From IMG/VR virus record IMGVR_UViG_3300028654_000009: a stretch of 64,000 bases of DNA, one strand, 5' to 3'. Positions 18,217 to 28,277 of this stretch are shown piece after piece (position 1 is the first letter of the stretch; the number at the start of each line of letters is the position of its first letter). Under the pieces are notes generated by a model. That model was not told the DNA's origin, did not search any database, and worked only from the letters and a program-made list of their open reading frames with translations. Source of the stretch: a virus. The position numbers and the translations under genes were made by a program.

Positions 18217-19251
18217 TTAAACCTTGTTGGAAGGCGGAACGGGCTGGGTAGCAAACCCATTCAGCTGGAAGTCCTCGTCGGCAAAAATGCCGTCGGATTC
18301 GTCATCAAAAGCAGAGAAAACCGGCTCAATCTGGATCGACTCAATCCGGTCATTGATAAACTTCGGCCAGCTCTGGCGAACGAACCCCGTCACGTTGACG
18401 AATCGGGTCCAGGCGTTCTCTCCGTTACCAAAGCGGAGGTCCTTGGCAAACTGGCTGCTAGAAATGGTGCTTCGCTCGAACCCTCGGGACTCCAAAAGGG
18501 TCTGCTTGTATCTCAGAAGACAGAACACAACAATCGAGTGGAGCCAGGTCAGGTAGAAAGGGTCTCCGTGGGAATGGGCACCAACCCTGTAGGTCTCCCG
18601 AAAATTGAGTGACTCAACTTGTTGGACCAGCCTGGGATTGTTGCCTCGAATCGTCGCGCCTCGGAAGTCGTCATTGGTACCTATGTCAACCTGGATGATT
18701 TCTCTCCCGATTACGCCTACGATAGGGTACGAAACGCCGGTCTTCGAAATTATCTGCATACGATTTGTCACGAGCAGGGCGTTTGATACGTCCTCTGGGA
18801 GCGTCAGCTGGCCCGTAGTGGGGTCCCAGGCCGTAGGAGTGAAAGGGCCAGCCAGGGCCGGCCAGGTGGCTTCTGAGGTCTCGCTAGGAACGTAGTGGAC
18901 GTCCCCTAGGGTTACGTCGGTCTCAACACTTTCGACCAGCGAAATCGAAATCATGGCGTAGTCGGGACTATCAAACCGATAGTCCATCACGACAGGGATG
19001 TCTGTCCGAAGGAACCAGCGCTTGGCTTGGTCGATCTCTTTTTGGCCGTAGGTTTGGGAGGTCAGGTCGTCGCGACGAAGCGAGGCGAAGCAATAGTCCA
19101 GCAAGTACGGATTAGCTCGGAGGTCCGCGATTGCCTCGACCAGGGCAGTGCGGATTATGATATCGCTCTGGTGGATACCAACAGCTTCGGTGGTATCAAA
19201 ATTCGGTTTGATAACCGAAAGAGACTGGTTGAGGTCTTGGGGGTCAAGCAC
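18217..19251 (-). CDS. putative tail terminator/completion protein
   Basis: Position between neck and sheath genes; late motif upstream. Confidence 0.5.
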   Translation of the reverse strand: MLDPQDLNQSLSVIKPNFDTTEAVGIHQSDIIIRTALVEAIADLRANPYLLDYCFASLRRDDLTSQTYGQKEIDQAKRWFLRTDIPVVMDYRFDSPDYAMISISLVESVETDVTLGDVHYVPSETSEATWPALAGPFTPTAWDPTTGQLTLPEDVSNALLVTNRMQIISKTGVSYPIVGVIGREIIQVDIGTNDDFRGATIRGNNPRLVQQVESLNFRETYRVGAHSHGDPFYLTWLHSIVVFCLLRYKQTLLESRGFERSTISSSQFAKDLRFGNGENAWTRFVNVTGFVRQSWPKFINDRIESIQIEPVFSAFDDESDGIFADEDFQLNGFATQPVPPSNKV

Positions 19252-19296
19252 CTTTCAAGATTGCCAGCGAACGCGAGTCATGCTAAAGTCAAGTCC

Positions 19297-19707
19297 ATGC
19301 CAAACAACAAATTCGTACTTATCCCAGACAGCATGGCCCCAAATTTCCTAGGCCGACAGATCGCCCACAGCGATTACCTCGACACCAGCGACACCAAGTA
19401 CACGTTCGCAATGATCCCAGACACAGTGCAGGAGCTGGGTTCCGCGAACCTGGTTTCTTCGGTGTCGTTCGAGGATTCGAACAAGCACAAGCCGGCACTC
19501 GACATTGATATCCCGATGCACGTGTTCCCCTCCAGCACGAAGGGGTGCAACCACCTCTATTTCGACGTAGATATGACCTGGGACCAATACGTCAAGCTCC
19601 TCGACGTGATGGAGGAGGTCGGCATCCTTCAGGCGGGCTTCGTCAAGGCTTCCAAGAAGCGAGGGGCGACTTACCTGCGGCTGCCTTGGGTCAAGAAGAA
19701 GGTATGA
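19297..19707 (+). CDS. hypothetical phage protein
   Basis: ATG 7 nt after TTGCCA-17-TAAAGT; HKPALDID...HLY...LRLPW. Confidence 0.65.
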   Translation: MPNNKFVLIPDSMAPNFLGRQIAHSDYLDTSDTKYTFAMIPDTVQELGSANLVSSVSFEDSNKHKPALDIDIPMHVFPSSTKGCNHLYFDVDMTWDQYVKLLDVMEEVGILQAGFVKASKKRGATYLRLPWVKKKV

Positions 19708-20165
19708 TATCTCCCGAAGACTTGATATTCCTGCGGATTGCGATGGAGACAAGTGGGCGTTCCGTTGACCGCTCCACGCGCGTTGGCTCTGTCATAGTTA
19801 CAGAAAATGGACATATATTGGAAGCCCATAACGGTTTTCCGCGAGGTGTAAAGGAGTCGGACGCTCGACATACCAGGCCTGCGAAGTATCACTACTTTGA
19901 GCACGCTGAGAGGAACGCGATCTACCAGGCAGCTAGACGTGGCATTGCGACAGAAGGAGCTGCGCTCTATATGGCGGCAACTATGCCGGGCCCTCCGTGC
20001 TGTGACTGCTCAAGGGCATGCATTCAAGCGGGAATCTCCCGCGTGGTGTGCTCCTTCAGCGGGGGCGCCCTTACTTGGCGTGAAGACTGGCGAGCATCGA
20101 TGCTTGCCTCAGTTGAGATGCTCAAGGAGGCTGGCGTCTCGCTGGAGTTCGAGATCGAAGAGTGA
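19704..20165 (+). CDS. dCMP deaminase
   Basis: S.D.ST.VG.VI, HNGFPRG, HAERNAI, PCCDC. Confidence 0.9.
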   Translation: MISPEDLIFLRIAMETSGRSVDRSTRVGSVIVTENGHILEAHNGFPRGVKESDARHTRPAKYHYFEHAERNAIYQAARRGIATEGAALYMAATMPGPPCCDCSRACIQAGISRVVCSFSGGALTWREDWRASMLASVEMLKEAGVSLEFEIEE

Positions 20166-20168
20166 CGT

Positions 20169-20981
20169 TTAAATCTTCGAGGCTATTCGCTCGATGAGAT
20201 CCGGCGTGATGTGTGACTCGACCTCCTCTAATGCCCAAGCGTATACCGAATCGAAGATGTGAACGGGCTGAAGACCCGGATGGAAGAACCCGTCTGGGTT
20301 CTTGGATGTGGCCACACGAAAGGTTAATACACTTTTTTTAGTGCCCCCAGAAGGTGTAGCCGACTGATACACAGAAACGCCCCTAAGGAACGGTATGCCT
20401 GTCTTGCCCTGCTTAACACCTCCCACTGGTCCGTGACCCTGCCCTGGACCTTCTCCGCTCTTGAGAGGTTTGTCCTCGATGTTGAACGAGTGAATCTTGC
20501 CCATCTTGGGACGGCCTTGTGCGTCCCGCTCGATTTTGGCTAGCGGAATCTTCCGCTTCTTCAGCTCGGCCCGAACGGTATCCACGGTCTCTTTGGAGGA
20601 CTCTGGAGTGTTCGTAGGGCCCTTCCCGGGGCCCACGTGCTGGAATGGTACCACCAGGTACTTATGCCCGTCCTTCGAGGTCTTGGCCGAAGGGCTGTTC
20701 AGCAATGCGTCCAGCATAGAATGCGGCTCCATGCCGTCGTCGATCCATACCGAACCTTGTGCAAGGGATAGGTAGTGCTCCCCGTTGCCTTCGTGGGTAA
20801 GACTCAGGGCTTCCACAAACATTTGCCTACGAGAATGCAGACGTTCGTTTGCTAGTTCTAAAGCTTTGGCGTGTACCTGTATGCTGAGGTCATTGGCGGC
20901 TTGCTCGGCTTCTTGCTTGATGATGTCTGCTAAGTCCTTGAAGCCAGCCAGGCAGCTGAGGTCGATATTGATGTTATACAT
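20169..20981 (-). CDS. neck/tail completion protein
   Basis: In the virion operon; KYLVVPF.H and TFRVATSK....F.HPG motifs typical of myovirus neck proteins. Confidence 0.55.
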   Translation of the reverse strand: MYNINIDLSCLAGFKDLADIIKQEAEQAANDLSIQVHAKALELANERLHSRRQMFVEALSLTHEGNGEHYLSLAQGSVWIDDGMEPHSMLDALLNSPSAKTSKDGHKYLVVPFQHVGPGKGPTNTPESSKETVDTVRAELKKRKIPLAKIERDAQGRPKMGKIHSFNIEDKPLKSGEGPGQGHGPVGGVKQGKTGIPFLRGVSVYQSATPSGGTKKSVLTFRVATSKNPDGFFHPGLQPVHIFDSVYAWALEEVESHITPDLIERIASKI

Positions 20982-23900
20982 TACGGGCTATTCGGCTCCC
21001 TACTTGAGACAGCGTGACTGTTGGCCCCTCCGCCACCCGCGCCTCCGGGCTCAAGTCCCTGAATGAGGCCGGCTGTAACACCTTTCCACCCCACCGTGCC
21101 GTCCGCATGTTGCACCTTCAAGTGTCCATTGTGTAGCGAGCCCACAGGCAGCTCCAGGTCCTTGTGGGTCGGAGGCATGGACTCCTTGTTTAGCTCCTTC
21201 TCGGGCGGGAATTTCTCGTTGGGTTCGATTTCTTCTTTGGCTACATGGTGGGAGCAGTCTGGGCCACAAATCAAAAGGTCGTCCTCCTTCTCGGCCGGGA
21301 ATTCGCCCTTGAGGGTGTATTGGTAGGGCCCATGCCATTTAACGCCCCGGTTATCAACATAGTCGTCTGGCTCTGGGTTGTAACTCATCCCGTGCTTCTC
21401 GGCCAAGGACTGATGAACCCTGTGAGCCATTTCAGAATGGCTGCCTCCTTGAACGTCTTTGATCCCAAGCTTGTTCTTGGCGTGCGAGTAAAGAGCCTCG
21501 TACATGGCCTTCCCCAGACCTCGCCCCCGGAGACTGCTGCTCAGAAAAGAATGGGGGGTCAGCATCCCTTCCCATTTCTCTTTTTCCGCACCTGTGCCTA
21601 GGCTACGGTTGCGATAGTGAACGTCCGAATGGACATCTCCGTCTGTCATATGTTGAGCATCGTTGTGCAGCTCGGCAACGATATGATGGACATTGTACTT
21701 CCCTCCGACTCCATGCCGGCGCTCCTGCACAACCAGGCTGTGGGTCTTGCGCATCTCCTCGGGCAGCAGGTGTGAGTAGTTGTAGTTTCTGGCTACCACC
21801 GTCCCATGGAGGGTCCTGTCCACGTTTTGATACTTACCCACAGGAATGTCCTTGATGGCCTTCTCGACCTTTTGGTCATGACAGCCCTTCGGGCAAAGCA
21901 GAAGCTTTTCTTCGTCAACGTTCGGAGCCAGCTCGGCCTTGAGGGCATACTTATAAGGCATGTGTGAGATGTTCGAGCCATGGATTCCGGAACCGTCGGG
22001 ATTGATAGGATCGACTTTGTAGTCCAGGCCGTGTGTTGCCGCCAAGCTTCGATGTACAGCACTCGCCTGCGCAGAATGCATCCCTCCGGCAACCCCCTCG
22101 ACCCCCAGCTTGTTCTTTGCGTGGGAATACGTGGCTAGATACATCGCCTTCCCGAAGCCTTTCCCGTGGTGGGCCAGATCGAGGTCAGCATGGGGCTCGA
22201 TGTGCTTATTTTTGATATACCCCTGCACATTCCCGACCAACGGATTGTTGGACGATTCGTCGTTGATGTACGTGCTGAGGTAGTTTTTCGAAGGGTTGTG
22301 GCGGACGAACATCTTGAAGTTCGAAGGCGTACCTTGTGGGAGCAAATGGGAGTAGTCGTGTAGGTGGACGTCGTTGCCATTGGCGTCTTGGTAGGTGCTC
22401 ATATGTTTGCCGGTAGGAACGTCGGCGATGGCTTTCTCGATCTTCTGGTCGTGACAACCAGGAGGGCAAAGCAACAAAGTTTCCTCATCATGATCTGGGG
22501 CTAGCTCGCCTTTGAGTTGGTACTGGTAGCCGGCGTAAGGGTAACGTGTGGCCGAGATTTCAGGATCGTCAGAACCGTCCTCGGGACGAAGGACGTAGGG
22601 AACGTGTTCCAGGCCGTGTTTCTTCGACAGAGCGATATGGACCGCTTCTGCTTGTGGAGAATGAGGTCCGCCCTGTACGTGATCGATCCCCGCCACATGT
22701 TTTGCATGGGCGTAAAGAGCCTCATACATAGCTTTACCTAAACCCTGTCCGCGAAATTGCTCGTCTAGATCGGAGTGTGGTTCAAGCCTCGTAAATTTGG
22801 CGAAAGGATCGTACCCCTTAAAGGTTCTGACACTGTTGGGCGGCCGCACGTATCCAGTAACGGCTCCCACATATCTGGGGCGGTCTCGTCCTGGTCTCGT
22901 CAATCTCGCCACTATCCGCTCTTTGCCGTTTTCATTGTTTTGGAAAGAATGATGAACGTGGAGCGACAGGCCCTGCTCTTTTTGTTCTGGCGTCAAAAGA
23001 TGGCCGTAATCAAACTTCTTCTGAGTTACCGGGTCACCTGAATCATCGTCACCGTTAGGAAATGTGGTTTCCCCTTGAAACTTGCCCGGCTTCAGGTCAG
23101 AGATCGCTTTCTCGATCTTCTGGTCGTGACAGCCGGGCGGACAGAGCAACAGAGCCTCTTCATCATGATCGGGGGCCAGTTCATCTTTGAGTTGGTAATG
23201 GTAGCTATCATACGGGTACTGCTCCAAAGGCAGACCGAATCCGCTCTTGGGGTTTCTTTTCTTTGAAACGTAGTTTAGCCCCATTTCACCGGCTAGCGAT
23301 CGATGAACCCTGTCCGCCGCCGCTGAGTGTTCCCCTCCTACGACATGGTTCACCCCCAAAGTATGATGGACATGAGCATAGAGGGCCTTGTAAGCCGCCT
23401 TGCCCAGCCCCTTGCCACGATATTCCTTCTCTAACTGGGAGTGGGGCTCTAGGTATGGCTCCCCTTGGAGTTGATCTTGGAATTCGTACTCGGCATTTGT
23501 GGACGGATTAATGTGCCCATGGGCTCCACCGAGATTCTGCTGCACCCCGTAGTTGGATTTGCTCAGCCTTGCCTCGACCATAGATGGGAATTGTTTGTGC
23601 CCCTCCTTTCTCTGATGCACCTTCAGCGTAAGCCCCATCGAGCGCTGGGACGGGGTCAAAAGGTGGTTGTAGTCATAGACTTGGTTTACGATGTTTGTTT
23701 CAGGGATCGGTCGGTCTTCTTCATGGGGACCCGGAGAGATATCAGAGATAGCCTTCTCGATCTTCTGGTCATGGCAGCCAGGAGGACAAAGCAGCAGGGC
23801 TTCCTCATCATGATCTGGCGCTAACTCGCCTTTGATCTGGTAGTCGTAGTCCATATATGGATAACGCTGTACATGTTCGTCGTCCGGGTCTTCACCGTAT

Positions 23901-26278
23901 GCTTCCCTTTTTTCTGGGAAGTACCACAGCCCGTGTGCAACTGCCAAGGCTCGATGAACCTTAGAAGCGTCTTCTGAATGGACTCCCCCGGTTACGCGAT
24001 CGACTCCAGCTATGTGTTTAGCGTGCGTATATAACGCCTCATACATTTTTTTACCCAACCCCTGACCACGGTAGCTTGGTCCTAGAGAAGAATGGGGTTC
24101 TATAGAGCCTTCTACAATGTTCGCGTGTACCTGTCCCACACTACGTAACGGTGACGATGTTTCTGGCTGCCATGACCCACTCCCTGTGCTGTGATATACC
24201 CGAGATTTAATCTCGTCCTGCCGCCCAGGATGTACCATGTGCGACACTATCAGTTTGTAGCCCTGTTTTGTGTGTTCCGGGGTTAACATATGACTATAAT
24301 CATAGTTCTGCTGGGTAGAGCCTCTGGAGTTCAAAGGTGTGGGCTCCCCGACCGTCTTACCCGGCTTCAGGTCGGCGATAGCCTTCTTCAGCCCCGCCCG
24401 AACCACGTACGCCGGCAGGTGTGTCACGCCAGCGGCCTTAGCCGCCTCCACGCGGTGTGTCCCGTCCTTTACGGACCACGCCCCTGGGTTGCCAGGAGCG
24501 ACCACGATAGGGGGAACCTCGTCGCCAGCTCGGAGCATTTTGTGGTAAAGGGAATACCGGTCTTTATTGGCAGCCCCTCCACTGTTGCCCCCCTCTAGCA
24601 AAGCGACGGGCACCATAATCCGCTTCAGAGACTTGGTGTCGCCGTTGGTATAGTGACTAGCTACCGACGCCAGGTAGTTCTGGTCGAATGCTTGGCGGTC
24701 TGGGTGGTTCTTGCTGGGGATTTTTAGAGCCGACGTACCCCAGTCATCGGACGTCCATACTTTTGGGCGTTTTTCAGCCTTCTCCAATTCTTGGTCTCCT
24801 GTCTGGAGACCTCTCGCCAGCCCCACCACCGATTGAACCAAAGAAAGAATCGACTTGTACGTCTCGGGGAACTGCCCCTTCAGTTGGGTAATGACCGGTA
24901 ACTGCCCCTTCAGTTGGGTAAGGGACTCGGCCACACGCTGCTTAAGACTCTCCATCTCTTCCGAATTGCGAGCCGCAGACGCCCGGTCTTGCTTGTCCTG
25001 GGAGCCGGCCAGCTCATGGAATTGGTCTTCGGCGTCCTTGGCCTGGTGACTCATTTCGGGGGCGGGGCCCTGGTCGGCAATCGAATGTGCGACCTCTCCT
25101 TCGGAGTGTTCTTGCGTCTGAACGTGCGGGTGGACCTTCTTGGGGGGCGCCACCCCATGCTGGTGGCCGCCATGGGCGGCCGAGCCTTCGTTTTCGGCTT
25201 TGGTCATCTTAGGGATGGGCACCGTGGAGCTAGTAACGAAAAACTTGGGGTCGGAATTGACCTTGCCGTACATCGCCGTATGTGGGGGTCGCTTGGGTGG
25301 CGTTATAAGTTTGCGGATGTCGTGATCTGTAAGATCGCCATCGCTCTCGCCCATGTGGCCGAAAGCCGGGATCACAGGATTGCCAAATTGATGGTGCGTA
25401 GGGGCATACTTCATACGCCCCAAAAACATGTGCTGGTGTGAGCCAAACGGATGGTTGGTATACCCATGAGCCAAAATAACATTGGTACTCAACTTCGGGT
25501 TCTCATTAAGCCTGTCACGCAAATCGACTTCCAGTGGCGGGCCCTTCCAGCTTCCCTCTTTCCTTCCCCATTCGCCATCATCGAAAGCCATGCCCCCAAA
25601 TGGATTACCGTAAGCCTTGTTTATGGTATGAAGCTCGTCTAGACCGTGCGAGGGGTGCTCAAAGTCCTTGTGGTACTGGTCGTTGCCGGCCGATTTCCAT
25701 CCCTGCATCTCCAAAATCCCCGCAGCCTTCTCAGTGTCGGGGTGACCTGCCGGTAAGTAGGTCGTCGCGCGATACCTAGTTGCAGGCTGAGTGAATAGAG
25801 GGTCCTGGTCCCCAAAACTCTTGGCCAGCCCAATCTGGGGGCTCAGGTACTCGTCGGCAATTTTCTCGTCTTCCGTCTTGGGCTTATTCGCCTCGGCTAG
25901 GGTTTGGGGGACCGTTTCGTCGAAGAGCCGGACTCTATCGCGACCTTCTATTTTTCCTACCAAAAGGGCTTGCCCAGCTTCAGACATACGTCTCCCGATG
26001 CCGATAGTCAAAGTGGCTCCGGTTGCAGAATGATACTTCTGGCGGACGGATTCGACTTCTCCTAGTGCCGAGACCGGGATCTCGGCTAGATAACACTCAT
26101 CTCCCCCTTCCTCGACGACAGAGCCGCCGTGCTCAAGAGCCCAAGACACAAGAATCTGATTGCCAGCCTCGATCCTCTGGTTGATTCGGCGCACCTCTTC
26201 AACGTCATCTCTCTGGATGCTAGCTCCGATGAGATACCCGATTCGATCACCGTCGCAGGCTAGGAACAGTTTATCCAT
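20981..26278 (-). CDS. polyvalent protein: mCpol-like cyclase, ParB/Srx domain, five tandem GNAT acetyltransferase domains
   Basis: DGDRIG...GGDE; PPIVV...DGTHRVEAA; five (R/H)GxG(L/F)GK motif-A copies; ATG at 26278 (ORF track starts 26293). Confidence 0.8.
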   Translation of the reverse strand: MDKLFLACDGDRIGYLIGASIQRDDVEEVRRINQRIEAGNQILVSWALEHGGSVVEEGGDECYLAEIPVSALGEVESVRQKYHSATGATLTIGIGRRMSEAGQALLVGKIEGRDRVRLFDETVPQTLAEANKPKTEDEKIADEYLSPQIGLAKSFGDQDPLFTQPATRYRATTYLPAGHPDTEKAAGILEMQGWKSAGNDQYHKDFEHPSHGLDELHTINKAYGNPFGGMAFDDGEWGRKEGSWKGPPLEVDLRDRLNENPKLSTNVILAHGYTNHPFGSHQHMFLGRMKYAPTHHQFGNPVIPAFGHMGESDGDLTDHDIRKLITPPKRPPHTAMYGKVNSDPKFFVTSSTVPIPKMTKAENEGSAAHGGHQHGVAPPKKVHPHVQTQEHSEGEVAHSIADQGPAPEMSHQAKDAEDQFHELAGSQDKQDRASAARNSEEMESLKQRVAESLTQLKGQLPVITQLKGQFPETYKSILSLVQSVVGLARGLQTGDQELEKAEKRPKVWTSDDWGTSALKIPSKNHPDRQAFDQNYLASVASHYTNGDTKSLKRIMVPVALLEGGNSGGAANKDRYSLYHKMLRAGDEVPPIVVAPGNPGAWSVKDGTHRVEAAKAAGVTHLPAYVVRAGLKKAIADLKPGKTVGEPTPLNSRGSTQQNYDYSHMLTPEHTKQGYKLIVSHMVHPGRQDEIKSRVYHSTGSGSWQPETSSPLRSVGQVHANIVEGSIEPHSSLGPSYRGQGLGKKMYEALYTHAKHIAGVDRVTGGVHSEDASKVHRALAVAHGLWYFPEKREAYGEDPDDEHVQRYPYMDYDYQIKGELAPDHDEEALLLCPPGCHDQKIEKAISDISPGPHEEDRPIPETNIVNQVYDYNHLLTPSQRSMGLTLKVHQRKEGHKQFPSMVEARLSKSNYGVQQNLGGAHGHINPSTNAEYEFQDQLQGEPYLEPHSQLEKEYRGKGLGKAAYKALYAHVHHTLGVNHVVGGEHSAAADRVHRSLAGEMGLNYVSKKRNPKSGFGLPLEQYPYDSYHYQLKDELAPDHDEEALLLCPPGCHDQKIEKAISDLKPGKFQGETTFPNGDDDSGDPVTQKKFDYGHLLTPEQKEQGLSLHVHHSFQNNENGKERIVARLTRPGRDRPRYVGAVTGYVRPPNSVRTFKGYDPFAKFTRLEPHSDLDEQFRGQGLGKAMYEALYAHAKHVAGIDHVQGGPHSPQAEAVHIALSKKHGLEHVPYVLRPEDGSDDPEISATRYPYAGYQYQLKGELAPDHDEETLLLCPPGCHDQKIEKAIADVPTGKHMSTYQDANGNDVHLHDYSHLLPQGTPSNFKMFVRHNPSKNYLSTYINDESSNNPLVGNVQGYIKNKHIEPHADLDLAHHGKGFGKAMYLATYSHAKNKLGVEGVAGGMHSAQASAVHRSLAATHGLDYKVDPINPDGSGIHGSNISHMPYKYALKAELAPNVDEEKLLLCPKGCHDQKVEKAIKDIPVGKYQNVDRTLHGTVVARNYNYSHLLPEEMRKTHSLVVQERRHGVGGKYNVHHIVAELHNDAQHMTDGDVHSDVHYRNRSLGTGAEKEKWEGMLTPHSFLSSSLRGRGLGKAMYEALYSHAKNKLGIKDVQGGSHSEMAHRVHQSLAEKHGMSYNPEPDDYVDNRGVKWHGPYQYTLKGEFPAEKEDDLLICGPDCSHHVAKEEIEPNEKFPPEKELNKESMPPTHKDLELPVGSLHNGHLKVQHADGTVGWKGVTAGLIQGLEPGGAGGGGANSHAVSSREPNSP
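21231..24392 (-). repeat. five ~190-220 aa GNAT repeats, each followed by a conserved ELAPDHDEEALLLCPPGCHDQKIEKA-type linker
   Basis: Linkers at approximately 23748-23833, 23102-23188, 22427-22513, 21854-21940 and 21231-21310. Confidence 0.9.
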
Positions 26279-26861
26279 TGGGGAGCCTCGCACCCTTACG
26301 GCTGTTTTCTTCCACAGAAAGCGGCCTCAGGTTTGTATAGTGATTGACTCTCAAAAATCCTTCCCTATCATTCTCTAGGTCTACGGAAGACAGAGGTATG
26401 ATGTGGTCGATGCTCCAGACTGTTCCGTAGTTCTCCCAGGTCCACCCGGATTTGAATTGGGATTCAAGGTGGACCCTTGCTTGTTCTCCCGTGCACCCCA
26501 TATCTCTAACCGACGATCCCGCCCTGCTCCCCCTTTTGATAGCTTTCACAATTCTAGATCGGAGGTTGCATAGTATCCTAAATCCGGGGTCTATTTTTTT
26601 TCGAGCGATACGATATTGGTTGTTACTGTCAATCTCTTTTTTACGATTTCGCTCGTAGTGTTTCTTCCTGTTCGCTACAACCTGTTCCGGATTCTCTTCT
26701 TTCCACCGTTTCACACTAAGATATACTGTTCCCGAATTTTTGATCCGATATTGTTTGGCATAAAGGGCCGCACAGAGTTTGCAAGGATTTCCTTTTTTGC
26801 TAAATTCAATGATAGGCTTCTCGACCTTACATTTCGAACAAATCTTCTGTTGCGGCACCAC
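26271..26861 (-). CDS. HNH homing endonuclease
   Basis: CSKC/CKLC fingers; WSIDHIIP...NHYTNLRPL...N..KG; AT-rich relative to flanks. Confidence 0.8.
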   Translation of the reverse strand: MVPQQKICSKCKVEKPIIEFSKKGNPCKLCAALYAKQYRIKNSGTVYLSVKRWKEENPEQVVANRKKHYERNRKKEIDSNNQYRIARKKIDPGFRILCNLRSRIVKAIKRGSRAGSSVRDMGCTGEQARVHLESQFKSGWTWENYGTVWSIDHIIPLSSVDLENDREGFLRVNHYTNLRPLSVEENSRKGARLPNG

Positions 26862-26904
26862 AATCTCCTTGACTTACCAAAATTTGATAGCTAATATAAA
26901 CCGA

Positions 26905-27741
26905 ATGAAGCCTCAAGACTTAGCCATCCTGCCATCCCCGCGTATCGCAAGTTCCTCTTTGGATAGCGGGGGGCGGCTTATTGTTATTGGTGACGTGCAT
27001 GGGTGCCTGGACGAGCTTGTGTCTCTTGTTGAAAGATTGGGCCTACGATCCACCGATAGAACGGTTTTTGTTGGTGACTTCGTCGATAGGGGTCCTTGCT
27101 CTGGTGAAGTGGTCTCCTGTGTCAAATTCAGCTGCGACGTCGGCCTGTCCAGTGCTGTGCTTGCGAACCACGAAGAAGTCGCCGTTCGCTGGAGGGCCCA
27201 CGAACTGGGCGTCAAAGCCGACCCGGAACACTATCGCAATCCGATGGCCCAAAAGCAAGGTCGGAAGGATACCGACCAGGCGCTGACAGACGACCAGGTC
27301 CTGTGGCTTGCCAGGCTGCCCGCCATTATCAAAGTCACTACTCCGGGTGGGGTTCGCCTTATCACGCACGCGGGGCTGCTTCCTGACGAAACTGGGCGCT
27401 ACCACCAGCCCACCAAAGCTCTCATCCGCAACCGCTACCTCAGGCAGCGACCGGACGGTCTCTGGAGGCCCACGGGCAGCCTCTTCCACGGCCCGGAAGA
27501 CAGATTCTGGACGACCCTCTGGACGGGGCCCAGGGTCATCTACGGGCACGAAGTCGTCGCCGACAGGGCTACCCCTCGGGTAGAAAACAACACGTACGGG
27601 ATCGACACTGGGTGCGTTTTCGGGGGTCGTCTGACAGCCTACGTCGAAACGTTCGAAATGGACGGCTCGTCCAAGGTCGAATTCGTCCAGGTCCAGGCCC
27701 AGCGCGAATACTACGCCTATAATTCCACCGCAACGGTTTGA
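26905..27741 (+). CDS. metallophosphoesterase (ApaH/PrpE/Pnkp-phosphatase-like)
   Basis: GDVHG, GDFVDRG, NHE, HAG, YGH, IDTGCVFGG.LTA. Confidence 0.9.
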   Translation: MKPQDLAILPSPRIASSSLDSGGRLIVIGDVHGCLDELVSLVERLGLRSTDRTVFVGDFVDRGPCSGEVVSCVKFSCDVGLSSAVLANHEEVAVRWRAHELGVKADPEHYRNPMAQKQGRKDTDQALTDDQVLWLARLPAIIKVTTPGGVRLITHAGLLPDETGRYHQPTKALIRNRYLRQRPDGLWRPTGSLFHGPEDRFWTTLWTGPRVIYGHEVVADRATPRVENNTYGIDTGCVFGGRLTAYVETFEMDGSSKVEFVQVQAQREYYAYNSTATV

Positions 27742-27771
27742 CATTCCAGAAAAGAAAGGTAAGATTGAGAC

Positions 27772-28263
27772 ATGAACCTCACCTCTTTTGCGAATTCGGT
27801 CACCCCCGGAACCGCCCTGATTCTTCGGGGGTGTCAGGGGGCCGGCAAGTCGACTCTGGCCCACCTGGTAACCGGGCGTCTGACCGGCAAGATTTGTAGC
27901 GCCGACAAGTCCAGGATCGATACTTACGGCACCTACGTTTACAAGCCCGAGGAGAACGGTCTTCATCACGCCAATTGCCTCAAGGCCTTCATCTCTGCCG
28001 CGCAGAACGACACCCTCCGCGAGAAGGGCGTGTTGGTCTGCGACAACACCAACGTCACGGTCGAGGAGATCACGCCGTATCGGGCCATCGCTACGGCCTT
28101 CGGGTGGGCGCCGCTGGTCGTCACCCTGATGCCCAATGACCCATTCCTTGCTGCCGAGCGGCAGCTGCACGGAGTGCCTGTCAAAAAGGTCATCAACGTC
28201 GCAGACCGTGTCTGTGACATCAAGCTTCCTTCAAACTGGGCTCACATCACCATTCAGGACTAA
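27772..28263 (+). CDS. P-loop kinase (AAA_33, polynucleotide-kinase-like)
   Basis: LRGCQGAGKST, SAD, DNTN, R..HGVP. Confidence 0.85.
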   Translation: MNLTSFANSVTPGTALILRGCQGAGKSTLAHLVTGRLTGKICSADKSRIDTYGTYVYKPEENGLHHANCLKAFISAAQNDTLREKGVLVCDNTNVTVEEITPYRAIATAFGWAPLVVTLMPNDPFLAAERQLHGVPVKKVINVADRVCDIKLPSNWAHITIQD

Positions 28264-28277
28264 CACAAAGGAGACAC

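Noticed and set aside
21231-23833. CPPGCH linkers as c-type heme-binding motifs
   Set aside because: Spacing is CxxxCH rather than CxxCH, and the protein has no export signal
21231-24392. Repeats as a CRISPR array or DGR template/variable pair
   Set aside because: The units are ~600-700 bp in-frame coding repeats with synonymous divergence; no adenine-specific pattern and no reverse transcriptase or cas gene in the window (mCpol alone is not a CRISPR system)
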